Source: Phoronis australis (taxonomy: Eukaryota > Animalia > Phoronida). Taken from it: 64,000 nt of DNA. Position 1 is the first letter of the stretch. Each line of letters starts with the position of its first letter. The notes beneath the pieces are model-generated. The model was not told the DNA's origin. It was given only the letters and a program-made list of their open reading frames with translations, and searched no databases. The DNA is taken from NCBI GenBank assembly GCA_002633005.1, contig NMRA01000356.1, positions 127,693 to 191,692 on the forward strand. Reading direction: 5' to 3'. The position numbers and the translations under genes are program-made. Below, piece after piece: positions 50,501-62,500 of this stretch.

Positions 50501-53500
50501 GATGATTTTCCGACGATTTCGACTACTGTGGCGCCTCCTAGTGGCAGTTTTGTTTTTTTGCGCCTATGGCTGTATCTCCTAAACCGTTCGCAGGATCTTT
50601 ACAAATTGTGTAAGTATATTTATATGATGTTAACAACGGAAGATGACGACTTTTGGTCGGATCCGACTACCGGTGTGCCCCCTAGTGGCAATTTTAGTTT
50701 TTTACGCTTACCTTTGTATCTTCAAAAGTATTGAACGGATTTTCATGAAATTTGGTATGTAGGCACCTATTAGTGAGATGACGCTATCCTACTGTTTTCA
50801 GATGGATTCGACGTAGTTTGCGCCACCTAGTGGCCATTTTTACTGTTTTCGAGTCTGTATTTTTGCGTCCACCCCTCTATCAACCAAACCGCTCAAAGGA
50901 TGATTGTGAAAATTGGCGTGTATGTGCTTACTATAAGGAAGACAGCTGACAATGATTTTCAGACGATTTGGACTACTGTGGCGCCTCCTAGTGGCAGTTT
51001 TGTTTTTTTGCGCCCATGGCTGTATCTCCCAAACCGTTTGCAGGATCTTTACTAAATTTAGCAAGTGTATTTATGTGATGTTGACAACGGACGATGACGA
51101 CTTTAGGATGATTCTGATTACCGGTATGCCTCTAGTGGCAATTTTAGTATTTGCCTCTAGTGGCAATTTTAGTATTTTACATTGACCTCTGTATTTTCAT
51201 AGGTCTTCAGGTGTATACTTTGTGTTACTTCGTGACTGTGAAGGAAAAGTTCCAAGTAGAAATTTGTTTCTGGCATTCTAATGCTGTGCTAATCTCGTAT
51301 GTTGGTAAATTTGTTTTTAATTCTATGTTTCTGTGGTGCTTTAAGCAACTGGTGTATAGGATGTGCTTGTATTATGAAGATTACTCACATTTTGCCCCTA
51401 GCCTATTGAGGAGACAATGACCATGCCTTTCCATTTTGCAAAGTATGCCCTCTACTGGCCACTTTATGATACCAATAAACAACCCTAGAAGGATACCGTA
51501 TGCGGTGCAATTGTGGGCGCATTTCAACGCTCCGCGTTGCTCTTGTACTTATTTGGGGAAGCAGACAATGTTAGATTTATAAATAAAGTTTTTGCAAGGG
51601 GGCATGGTCGTTTAAATGGCCTGATTCATAGGTGCTTTGTTCGTAATGTGTTTGGTCAACAACCAAGATTTTTAATAAAATTATACCGTTGTTTTGCCTG
51701 TTATGTTTTTGGTATTTTGTTAATTTCTTCATCCCTTACATTATTGGGTTAGCCTAGTCCATGTTTTTGAAACACTTTGTAGTTTATGTGACAATTTGCA
51801 GACTCCCTGTTTTTCCATATTTTCACAATAAACTGGCCATGCTAAGAGATGTAATAGAAACGTGATTAAACTGCCATGTTTCCAAACTTGCACGCTACTG
51901 ATGTATCACATGTATGGTGAATATGTGAGAGTATAATGAATTAAAAATTAGCTGCTACAACAAAGGGTCTTCCTTTATTCAGCAAATGTGACAATTTTTG
52001 CCCCACAACATGTGTCATCAACTACTACGATTTTGTTAAAAGTGAGTCTCACACGTGCTTGCTGTCAACCTTGTTATTGCCGATCATCTATATTATATCT
52101 ATATTATATAGTAAATGGAAAACCAAACACTGAAGTTTCATCAACATTCAAACTATTAAGAAACACATCATTACGGCATTTTCCCGTTGATCCAACTTCT
52201 TCGATTCTATTCTCCAACAAGTTGGGAAGGTGACCCCTGTAGCCAATATCTTACCCGACTGATTAACTCCATTCTGGCATTTATGGTTGGAGGGCCAGCA
52301 CCATTTTGTTCGATAATTGCTCTAATCTCCAATAAGATCTAGCCTGATTGCTGTGCTGTTAAAAATAAAAGTTGAGTTATAACATATTTGAACATAAATC
52401 AAGAGCATTGAATTCTTTGTCAGATGCTGATCATGTTTAGTTTTTGAATTCGCCAAAATAGCCCAATCACAACTGAATTTACGACAATCTGTTCTTTCTT
52501 AACATACCAATTTGCTCTGGGTTTGACTGTGTTCAGAGGTGGTCTGTAATAAGCCTGCCTGTTGTCATACCAGACAAAAGAGTGCTTGGCAGTTAACAAA
52601 GGAGCTAGATTTTATCACATGCTCACAACCCTCTATGTCTGGTAAAGTCACTGAATGGAAGAATGCCATAATGCTCACATGCTCACTGCATTGCTACACA
52701 TGTTATCATGTGTTGGTTGCTGACTGATGGGCCAAAATTTGGTCAGAAGAAAGTAAACGTGTCTTTGTGTTTTAATTATTGCTGTAGAGAAATATGATAA
52801 GATACAATTTATCTGCATTTCTCCCCTGTTTAGCTGCTTATGTTGAATTCTTAACCGTAGCGCCTCGGGTTTAAAAACATTTACCACACTCGTCCTATCT
52901 TGAATTATTGCCAAATAATTAGGCATCAACTCAACTCACTAGCATTGCGTACATGTACCATTTTCAAATTTATTGTTTGCCAACCCTAATAAACTCTGAA
53001 GCATTTTGTTGAGTTGCTGATGATTTCTATGTTCTTGTTGTTAACAGAAAGAGAAACAGAATCTTGTCACAGTATGGAATATTATAAGATCTAATTTGAA
53101 AAAAGAATGCTCATCAATTTTGTGGAATTACTTCCCGACATAGGTTTGTTGGTCCCTGGACCTGTTCATGGCCTACATTGGACTTCGAACATCACGTACA
53201 AGGGAGATGTTTTTGGAGGTGGTTACTTTGAAGCCGTCATATCCTGGGACTTACCTAAAGGTAAGCCTGTTATGTGATCAACAGAGTGAACACCACTTTT
53301 TGACAAAAAGGGCCCCTGGAAGATAGTTAGTTCTTAAATTGTGACAAGTAATTACTGTTTCATGTTCTAACTGCTTCAAATTAATTTTGTAAGCGATAAT
53401 TGTGCTGAAAAAGGTGACACATGCGAGAGGTGAGTATGCTAGATGCTAAAAGTATCTAGTAACAAAATGCTAAGCCGTGACAGCAGAGCGCAAATAGAAT

Positions 53501-56500
53501 TTCCGATATAATAACCAAGTTTACCAAAAAGTCCACGAGTCATTTTCGCTGCTTACAAAATTTGCCATCATGATGTTTGTCCAATGACATGGTTAGCACG
53601 TGTCTGACCCCCGGTTGGGAAAGAGATCTTTTCCAACTTAAGGTTATCTACGACCTTAATAAACAATGGTTACCTTAACTCTAAATCAAATATCAAAAAA
53701 CTATGCTTTGTCAACCATTAAAAGTATATACTTTCTGAAAGGAGGAAGATCGAGGATTCTAAAAATATACATCTTACTACATGACTATGTCTTTATTATT
53801 GTCACGTGACTACGTATTTAAGTCAAATTTTCATGTGAAAGAAAGTTATATCAGTAGGAAAATTACCTCCCAGCTGATTTTACTAAAAATTTTGAAATGA
53901 AAACTTTATGTTATGTCTCAAAAACGGTGTTTGGAGTTTTTTGATTAATCATTTAGTTTGGGTTTTATGCCATATTAACTTGCAAATAGGCAGTCTAAAC
54001 ATTGGGCATTTTTTGCAAAAAAAAACAGCCTTGCTTATAATATATTGCTCGGTATGCGGGTATTAATTGCCAAACTAAGTGAATACTCAAAAAATTCCCA
54101 ATACCGCTGTTGAAACATAACGTAAAGTTTTCATTTACAATTATAGTTTTTAGTAAAATCGGCTAGGTCATTTTGCTACAAATGTACCTTCTTTTGTGCA
54201 CATTAAAATTTTACTTAAAAATGTAGTGACATGATAACAAAACAGTAATAAGAAGCATATTTCAAGAATCCTTGATCTTTCTTCTTTCAGAAAATATATA
54301 CTTTTAATTGTTGACAAAGCATAGTTTTTTCGATCATATTTGACTTAGAGTTGAGGTCGTTTATTAAGTTCTAGATAACCTTAACTATAGGTCATGTGAT
54401 GTGACCAACATGTTAGGTGTATGAAGACTATTAATTCTTACTCACATGATATCAACACACTGATTTATAACAACACAGTTATATACTTTAAAGTTTGCTT
54501 CAGTCAATCACTACAGTTATCAGGCATCAAAACTTTTATTCTTCAACCTCTGATCCAGGGTGGTTAATGTGAAAAATTAGTTTTTCGTTTTATCATTTGG
54601 GGGGCATTGAAATTCCCGACTGTGGTATATGATCCCAAAGCAGTGTTTAAGAATAGTGACAATTTTAATTTTGCGCACACTACAGGGGGTTCAGTCCGCA
54701 CTTTGATGTGACCATTGTTCATTCAGTGTGTGGTGTATACGTTGTGTTTGTTGATAATTACTGGGTTGCCAGTTAGCAATATTGGTGCAGCCATACCCAT
54801 CCAGTAATCATGATGTCCTACCCGTGATCGACTGACTCTGTTTTTTTCTCTTTGTGACGTTTACTACTTCATTTAGTCTCTTTACTGTAATGTGTTTTGC
54901 TACATCAGTTGCTTTTGAGAAGCATCTTGCAACATCCAAATTTTTCTCATGAAGGTTACAGATGATGTGCCAAATGCTTTAATGGCCCTGCTATTCCTTA
55001 TTATGGTTTTCTATGTTCTGGTCCCTGAACATGATTTGGTGGTATTATTTTGCAGGTTGGTCACATGCAGATATTCAGAGGTATGAAAGCTCGTCCAAAG
55101 TGGTTTATAAACGACCAGAGAGTATTGCAGCTATGCCAATCTTCAAGGTGAGAATTGCATGTTTTGTTTGCTGCTGTTTCTGCTTGCAATATTTGATGTA
55201 TTACTACGAAGCCACTGATTCAACTCTCTTATTTGCTGAAATGCAGTAGGACAACTTCTGATGTAGCGTAATATTGTCCAGCTTGATGTGAAATAACCGA
55301 TTTGTAATTCATGTCGCCCAGACGTCAGGTGTCGCTATTTGCTATTTAACAAATCAGATGCTGCAGAAACCACAAATCCTGACCAATAAACAATGTTGAC
55401 CGATCTCTCAGCTGTATCAGTTGATATGAACCTCAGGACAGCACTATTGCTCTCTCATCTCTCAGCTGTATCGGTTGATATCACCCCCAGGATTGGTCCG
55501 TATCTGTATATTATACCATGATGCATAATATCGGTTTTGAAATTATTCAAGTTAACCAGGATAAGCAGTAGTTAGTGTTTGTAGCGTTTCATTTTTAAAA
55601 ACTAAGGTAGAATTACTATTATATAATTAAATTGAATGTTTTCTTACAATGCAACTTTGCTTATAGGTGGTTTTGTTTGTTTTTTTTTGTTAATTCTGTA
55701 TATATTTAGCTTACAATATGGTCCACAAGTGAAATTTTATTTGTCAAATTTTTCCACAAAAATAAAGTTTAAGTGAAATTCAGCTTATTTTGTGCTGTGT
55801 AGATGTCATAAAACAACATGTAGTAACTTAAAGGTAAACAGCCTTTGAAAAATAGGAAATTGACAATTTTGGCAATTATTTTAGTGTGAAATGATAAGTT
55901 AAGAATTGCCATACCTGTACATGGTGACTGCACCTCATTGCGCACTCACTATTAGTAAATCTTTCACCTGTGATGGAAATTTTCCCAAAAAAAGTTTATT
56001 TGGATCTATATTCTTAGTTATTATAATTGTTCTTACAGTCAATCCACAACAATTCAATGGCTGTCAAACTATTCCACACCGCCTATGGAATAATTTATGA
56101 TCTACGCATCATAGCTTTTTCCCGTTCTTCAGTCAAGGGTGACCCAGCTGTCCTACGCATGGATTTAACGGATTGTAAAGCTATTCAAAAGTTTGAATGT
56201 CCTGAAGCACCAACAACTACAGGTATAAAATAAAATGCTGTACAACCTAAAGAGACAACAAGACTAAGTACAACCTAAGTGACAACAAGACTAAGTACAA
56301 CCTAAGTGACAACAAGACTAAGTGCAACCTAAGTGACAACAAGACTAAGTACAACCTAAGTGACAACAAGACTAAGTACAACCTAAGTGACAGCAAGACT
56401 AAGTACAACCTAAGTGACAACAAGACTAAGTACAACCTAAGTGACAACAAGACTTAGTACAACCTAAGTGACAACAAGACTAAGTACAACCTAAGTGACA

Positions 56501-59500
56501 ACAAGACTAAGTACAACCTTAGTGACAGCAAGACTAAGTACAATCTAAGTGGCAGCAAGACAAAGTACAACCTAAGTGACAGCAAGACTAAATACAACCT
56601 AAGTGACAACAAGGCTAAGTACAACCTAAAGAGACAACTAGACTAAGTACAACCTGGGCTAAGAGAATTACCCACTTTGTGATGTAATGGTCATGTCTGG
56701 AAATAAGCTGTGTCGGTTGGTAGCCATTGTAGTTTTGATCACTCTTCTTAATCTTTATGGAAAAATGATAAAGCATAAGTGCACCTTTGAAGTGGACTGA
56801 ATGTTGATTTCGTCAAAAGGTTGTTTTTTTATAGGTTTTTAATAGCAGTAAGAACTAAAAGTTGCTAGATCTGAGTTGGTGAAGGTCATTAAAATTCCAA
56901 TTAAACAGAATTTTTTATCTTATACATCAAAATGAATCATGACCTTTGACCCAGCCATGTACGTCAGCATTCTTTGCCAATTATCACTGAAATTTTAAGC
57001 ATTGTCCTCAGAATAGTCTGAAACATTGGTCATCAAATGTCAATGACCTCAACGCACGTGTAGAAAGAATTTAAACCTTTGTGAATTTTCATAAAATCTT
57101 GAATAGTCAATCAAAAATGGAAAAACACGGATTCAGGAAGTCTAAGCATAATTAAAGTAATCTTTCTGAATTTTTGTTTGCAGTTGTATTATTTTTCATG
57201 GCATTTCTAAAAAAGTACCGTGACAGCAAAAATTCACGGCTTCCTCCTGTATAAGGCATGTGGTTCGGTCTTGTCTTTTCCAGCTGCTCCACCAGAATTG
57301 ATTGGATCACCAACCGTGAGATATGAACAGGGTAATGACAAGGTGTTTATTGTCTCCTGGCGGTCGGATTCAAGTCGTGTGGACAGATGTGCGTTACAGT
57401 GGGGGACGTACACTACTACTGCATACAATTTCAGATATTTTGATCTTGTTATTAACGAGACTGTTGTCTGGGCTGTAAGTTATTATAATCTTATACCTAA
57501 TGTATAGTACCTTGCTTACTAGATATAACATTTTTTTCAGTTACTTAAATGAAAATTACTACTTGAAAATACAAAGTAACATGATTGGAAACCTGGAAGA
57601 GAACACAAATATCATAGCACAGGTGGTCATAGTGAGAACTGTTTCATACTAGACACATATATATGTCTTCGTACTAAACACATATGTATGTCTTCATACT
57701 AGACACATTTATATGTCTTCATAATACACACATATATATATGTCTTCATACTACACACATATGTATGTCTTCATACTAGACACATTTATATGTCTTCATA
57801 ATACACACACATATATATGTCTTCATACTACACACATAATAATATGTATGTCTTCATACTAGACACATTTATAGGTCTTCATAATAAACACATACATATA
57901 TGTCTTCATACTACACACATATGTATGTCTTCATACTAGACACATTTATAGGTCTTCATAATAAACACATACATATATGTCTTCATACTACACACATATG
58001 TATGTCTTCATACTAGACACGTATAATGTCTTCGCACTACACACATATATATGTCTTCATACTAGACACACACACACACACANNNNNNNNNNNNNNNNNN
58101 NNNNNNNNNNNNNNNNNNNCGCACACACACACACATACACACACACACACACAACACACACACACAACACACACACACAACACACACACAACACACACAC
58201 ACAACACACACACATATATATATGTCCTCAAATACCATTCGAACATGCTTATGACTATAAATACATGCTTATATCCAAGTAGACTACAAAGACTTCAACA
58301 TCAAACAAGTAACAATGAGATGGAAAATCCAGCAGATAATCTGAGAAATTCCTGCTCACACTGTAAATATATTTCAAAATTCATTTACACACATTTCTGC
58401 CTTGAATCTGCTATAATTCCAAATGCTTTCAAAAACCAACTTTCATTAGAAATTTGATATTCAACATCAGGTTTTTCAAGCATTTTACACCCCATGATTG
58501 AATATTGAGGCAATTTGTAGTGAATAGCTAACAATTATGTGACAGTTTTGGTGTAATAATACAACTCACTCTTCTATCCAAGAACATGAAGGTTACTCAG
58601 GTGAAAAAATGAGAACATTCCAAGAGATCTCTTAGGGTGATCTGTTAATTTGTTGATCTGCAGTTTGTGAGAATAGATCAACATAGCTACTGGATACATT
58701 TGTGCTGTATCATTTATTTCCAATTTCTTGTAAGTTTCATGAACCACTGAGACAAGTAAATAAAATGTTGGTTCAAAAATCTGTAATTTCTGTAGCTCTG
58801 TAATGTCCTCATAGGAAGTATGACTGAGCCTGTCCAAACCATATTAGTGTGACTACTTTATGGAAAACTAGTGAAATTCCCCATTTGATTCACTTCGGAA
58901 CGTCATATCTCAGAACTGGCTGATTGGATTTTTATGAAACTGTACTATGCTTTATGGATTCTTACCTCACTTGAAAGTGACTTTTGTAGTACATGGGTTA
59001 GAATAACTCTTGTTACTTCAGTAACACTGCTGTCAATCTTTGAAATATCATATTAAGACTGGTGTAGCAATTATTTGTGCACTAAATAACCAGAATTATT
59101 GTTCATGTAGTGTTATCTTATTTAACAGCCAGCCACATCTGCTCGTATTGACACCAGTGAATATCAAGGCAAGGAGGTTGGAATTAGGGTACGTATGACA
59201 TGGTCTTTCTGTCAAATGGATTTCTGTGGTTTTTATATGTTTGTGTGGGGCATTAAGGTCACGTACGTACTTCCTGGCTGAAATATTAAGTTTCTTATTT
59301 GAGGATTATGGATTGAATTTATCTTGACATTGTCACCATTGTCTACTACTGACATTCATTAAAAGTGTTTTGATTGAAATATTACCAAGCATGATTTTTA
59401 TTGGTGATTTGGATTTTTTCCCCAAAAAGCATTTCATTTATCATGAAGAACTACACAATCATACTCATTTGGTGTAAAACATTGTTCAAAGCATTGATAT

Positions 59501-62500
59501 GAAGAAAGTGAAAAATCAGGCAGGTGAACTTGGTCATGTTGGTATTACTGTCAAATATCAATGTTTGAAAGAACAAATTGAAAAGTGGCGTTGACAGTTA
59601 TGTTGAATAGCATCACTGACCTGAACAACATCACTGTGCTCTCCCTTCCACAGTATGCATCCTTCCAGAGCGTCGAATTTTAATTTTTTCTTGACACCTT
59701 TGGCATACTTGCATTGAGTATAACGACCAAAACAAGTTTGACGTATGGGAGATTAGTCATTTCACAAGTTAGAACATTTCATATTTTTGGTTCCAGTCCA
59801 TTGCATTTATTCCAAGACTTAACACACACACACAAACTCGCCACAGTATGAACATGGACTTTTGAACACGTTCACGAGTTTTGTAATTCCAGTTGAGTTT
59901 GAATTTTCCATTGTATAGAAAATAACCTTCCATTGTTATGTGTAGTGTTTATCATCACCAGTTTAAGTTTGAATTTTCTTTATTTTAGATTGTGCCTTTG
60001 GCTGAGGGTCAACTCACCCCTGATAATTGGGGCTTCAAGGAGATCTATCCTTTAAGAGTGAAATGTGAGTGAATATATTCCTAGATTACATGCTGTTCTG
60101 CTAGTTAAACTATGCATTATTAAGTCTAAGAATAATAGTCTGAATGTGTCCTCAGTTGTGGTCACTTATATGGTATTGGTGAGGTGCACCTTGACGTGTC
60201 TATAGTGTGTTTAAATGTGTCCTCTGTTGTGGTCACTTATATGGTATTGGTGAGGTGCACCTTGACGTGTCTATAGTGTGTTTGAATGTGTCCTCTGTTG
60301 TGGTCACTTACATAGTATTGGTGAGGTGCACCTTGACATGTCTGTAAAGTGTTTGAATGTGTCCTCTGTTGTGGTCACATATATGGTATTGGTGAGGTGC
60401 ACCTTGACGTATCTATAGTGTGTTTGAATGTGTCCTCTGTTGTGGTCACTTATATAGTATTGGTGAGGTGCACCTTGACATGTCTGTAAAGTGTTTGAAT
60501 GTGTCCTCTGGTTTGGTCACTTTTCTGGTATTGGTGAGGTGCACCTTGACATGATTGGAGTGTGTTTGGTTTTCATTATTGCACATAGTGTATGATTTGT
60601 TTTTGAATAGTAGTTTTTATAACTTTCTGTTGCTTTGAGATCCTTTAAGGTGTTGAACTAGTAGCTTAAATTAATGGTAGAGCTGTTACTTCAATCATAC
60701 TAGACTAAGGGTTCAGTTACTTCAGCAATCTCAATTATTGGGTTCCAGTTAAGGACAAATTGGTTGGTGCCAGATGCTCACCTTCACTGTGTGCTTGAAT
60801 AAGAGTTACAGTAATTATACACTTATATTTCATTTCAGTTTTGTAACAAGATGCAAAAAGTAAGGATTAGATCAATCTGACTTTTGATGCTAATGACAAG
60901 CTTTGAACTAAAATGCAAACTTTAATATCTTGATAATGATCATAACTCTGTATAGATCCCGCTGTTGAGAACCCTGAATCACCAGGCATGTCCGGATATC
61001 CACCCAATGACTCTGTTAATGCTTGGAATCCACCTGCTGTGAACGGCAGCAAAACTACTTCTGTGGAAATAGACATGACGACGGAAAATCCTCTAATAAA
61101 GCCACCAGATGACAATGAAGGTTAGTGGTCAAAGGTCACCTAGTTATGTCTGAGATTGTTTCTGGTGCAAAGTTCATCACAAAGATGTGTCTATACTGAT
61201 TATGTTTCAATTATCATTAGTTGCTGTTTATGTCAGAGAGCATAACATGCATCAGGATGTGGACAGATGTGAATATTACTATTTCCCTTGTGGCAATTTT
61301 AATTTTTGTGTCTCCCTCAACACCTACCTCATAACTAGACATATTTTCTTTAAATTTGGCATATGTTATGAAATCCTTTCTCAACCATGTCCAGTAGGTA
61401 TCGTGACGTGGTGCTGGGGAATAACACTGCATGATGCGGGCTATGTGAGCCCCCAAGTTATGTCATTATTGCAAAGGTTATCTATTTGCAGATTTTTTGT
61501 TTTCACATTTTGTCATTGAATACCACTGCACTTCGTTTAGCGTAGATGTCGTTCAAATAGCATTGACGTTTAGCATGCAAGGTCAGAGGAGGCAGTGTGG
61601 CTTAATGTCCGCTTACTTAACTCAAGGTTGCAGGTTCAAGTCCCCATGGGGCACACTGCAAGACCCTTGACTCAGCTAGGTCTCTAGCTCCTCAGCTTGG
61701 TTTTAACTGTATGTATTATATGTATGTATTATATGTATGTATTGTATATGTATGTATTATATGTATGTATTATATGTATGTATTATATGTACCAGACCGC
61801 CTGCAACTATTTTTTTAAGTTAAGGTCATAAAAGAGACGATTGCATTATTTTTGAGTTGCCAGATCAATTTGTCCACAAAAACTAGCTTAGACATGTTTG
61901 TGTAGCTTTTAAAGAATTTTACTAAAATGATGCTAGCAAGCATTTTTTCTTTAAACAGTGAGGTGCAGGTTTCAAAGTGAGACAGCCGCTGACCAAAACC
62001 AATTAGGATATTTCTGTGTCATAGCATTTGCCTGGTTTTGTATGGAGCTGTGCCAGTTGGTGCCAATTATATTTTGATATCAACGTATCTAGTTCCAACC
62101 TCTGTGCCAATTATATTTTGATACCAACATATCTATATTCCAACCTCTGTGCCAATTATATTTTGATATTAACATATCTATATTCCAACCTCTGTGCCAA
62201 TTATATTTTGATATCAACGTATCTATATTCCAACCTCTGTGCCAATTATATTTTGATATCAACGTATCTATATTCCAACCTCTGTGCCAATTATATTTTG
62301 ATATCAACATATCTATATTCCAACCTCTGTGCCAATTATATTTTGATATCAACATATCTATATTCCAACCTCTGTGCCAATTATATTTTGATACCAACGT
62401 ATCTATATTCCAACCTCTGTGCCAATTGATCATAACATTTGAGAATTATGGATCAGCCAAGGATAGAACAAGTCCTGCCAGTTTTGGCAATTCTGATTTG

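Noticed and set aside
56240-62428. Regular repeat arrays as CRISPR-like loci or repeat proteins (ORFs 56247-56450, 62028-62433)
   Set aside because: Units are head-to-tail with no unique spacers, lie in introns of a eukaryotic gene, and the ORFs arise only because unit lengths are multiples of three.
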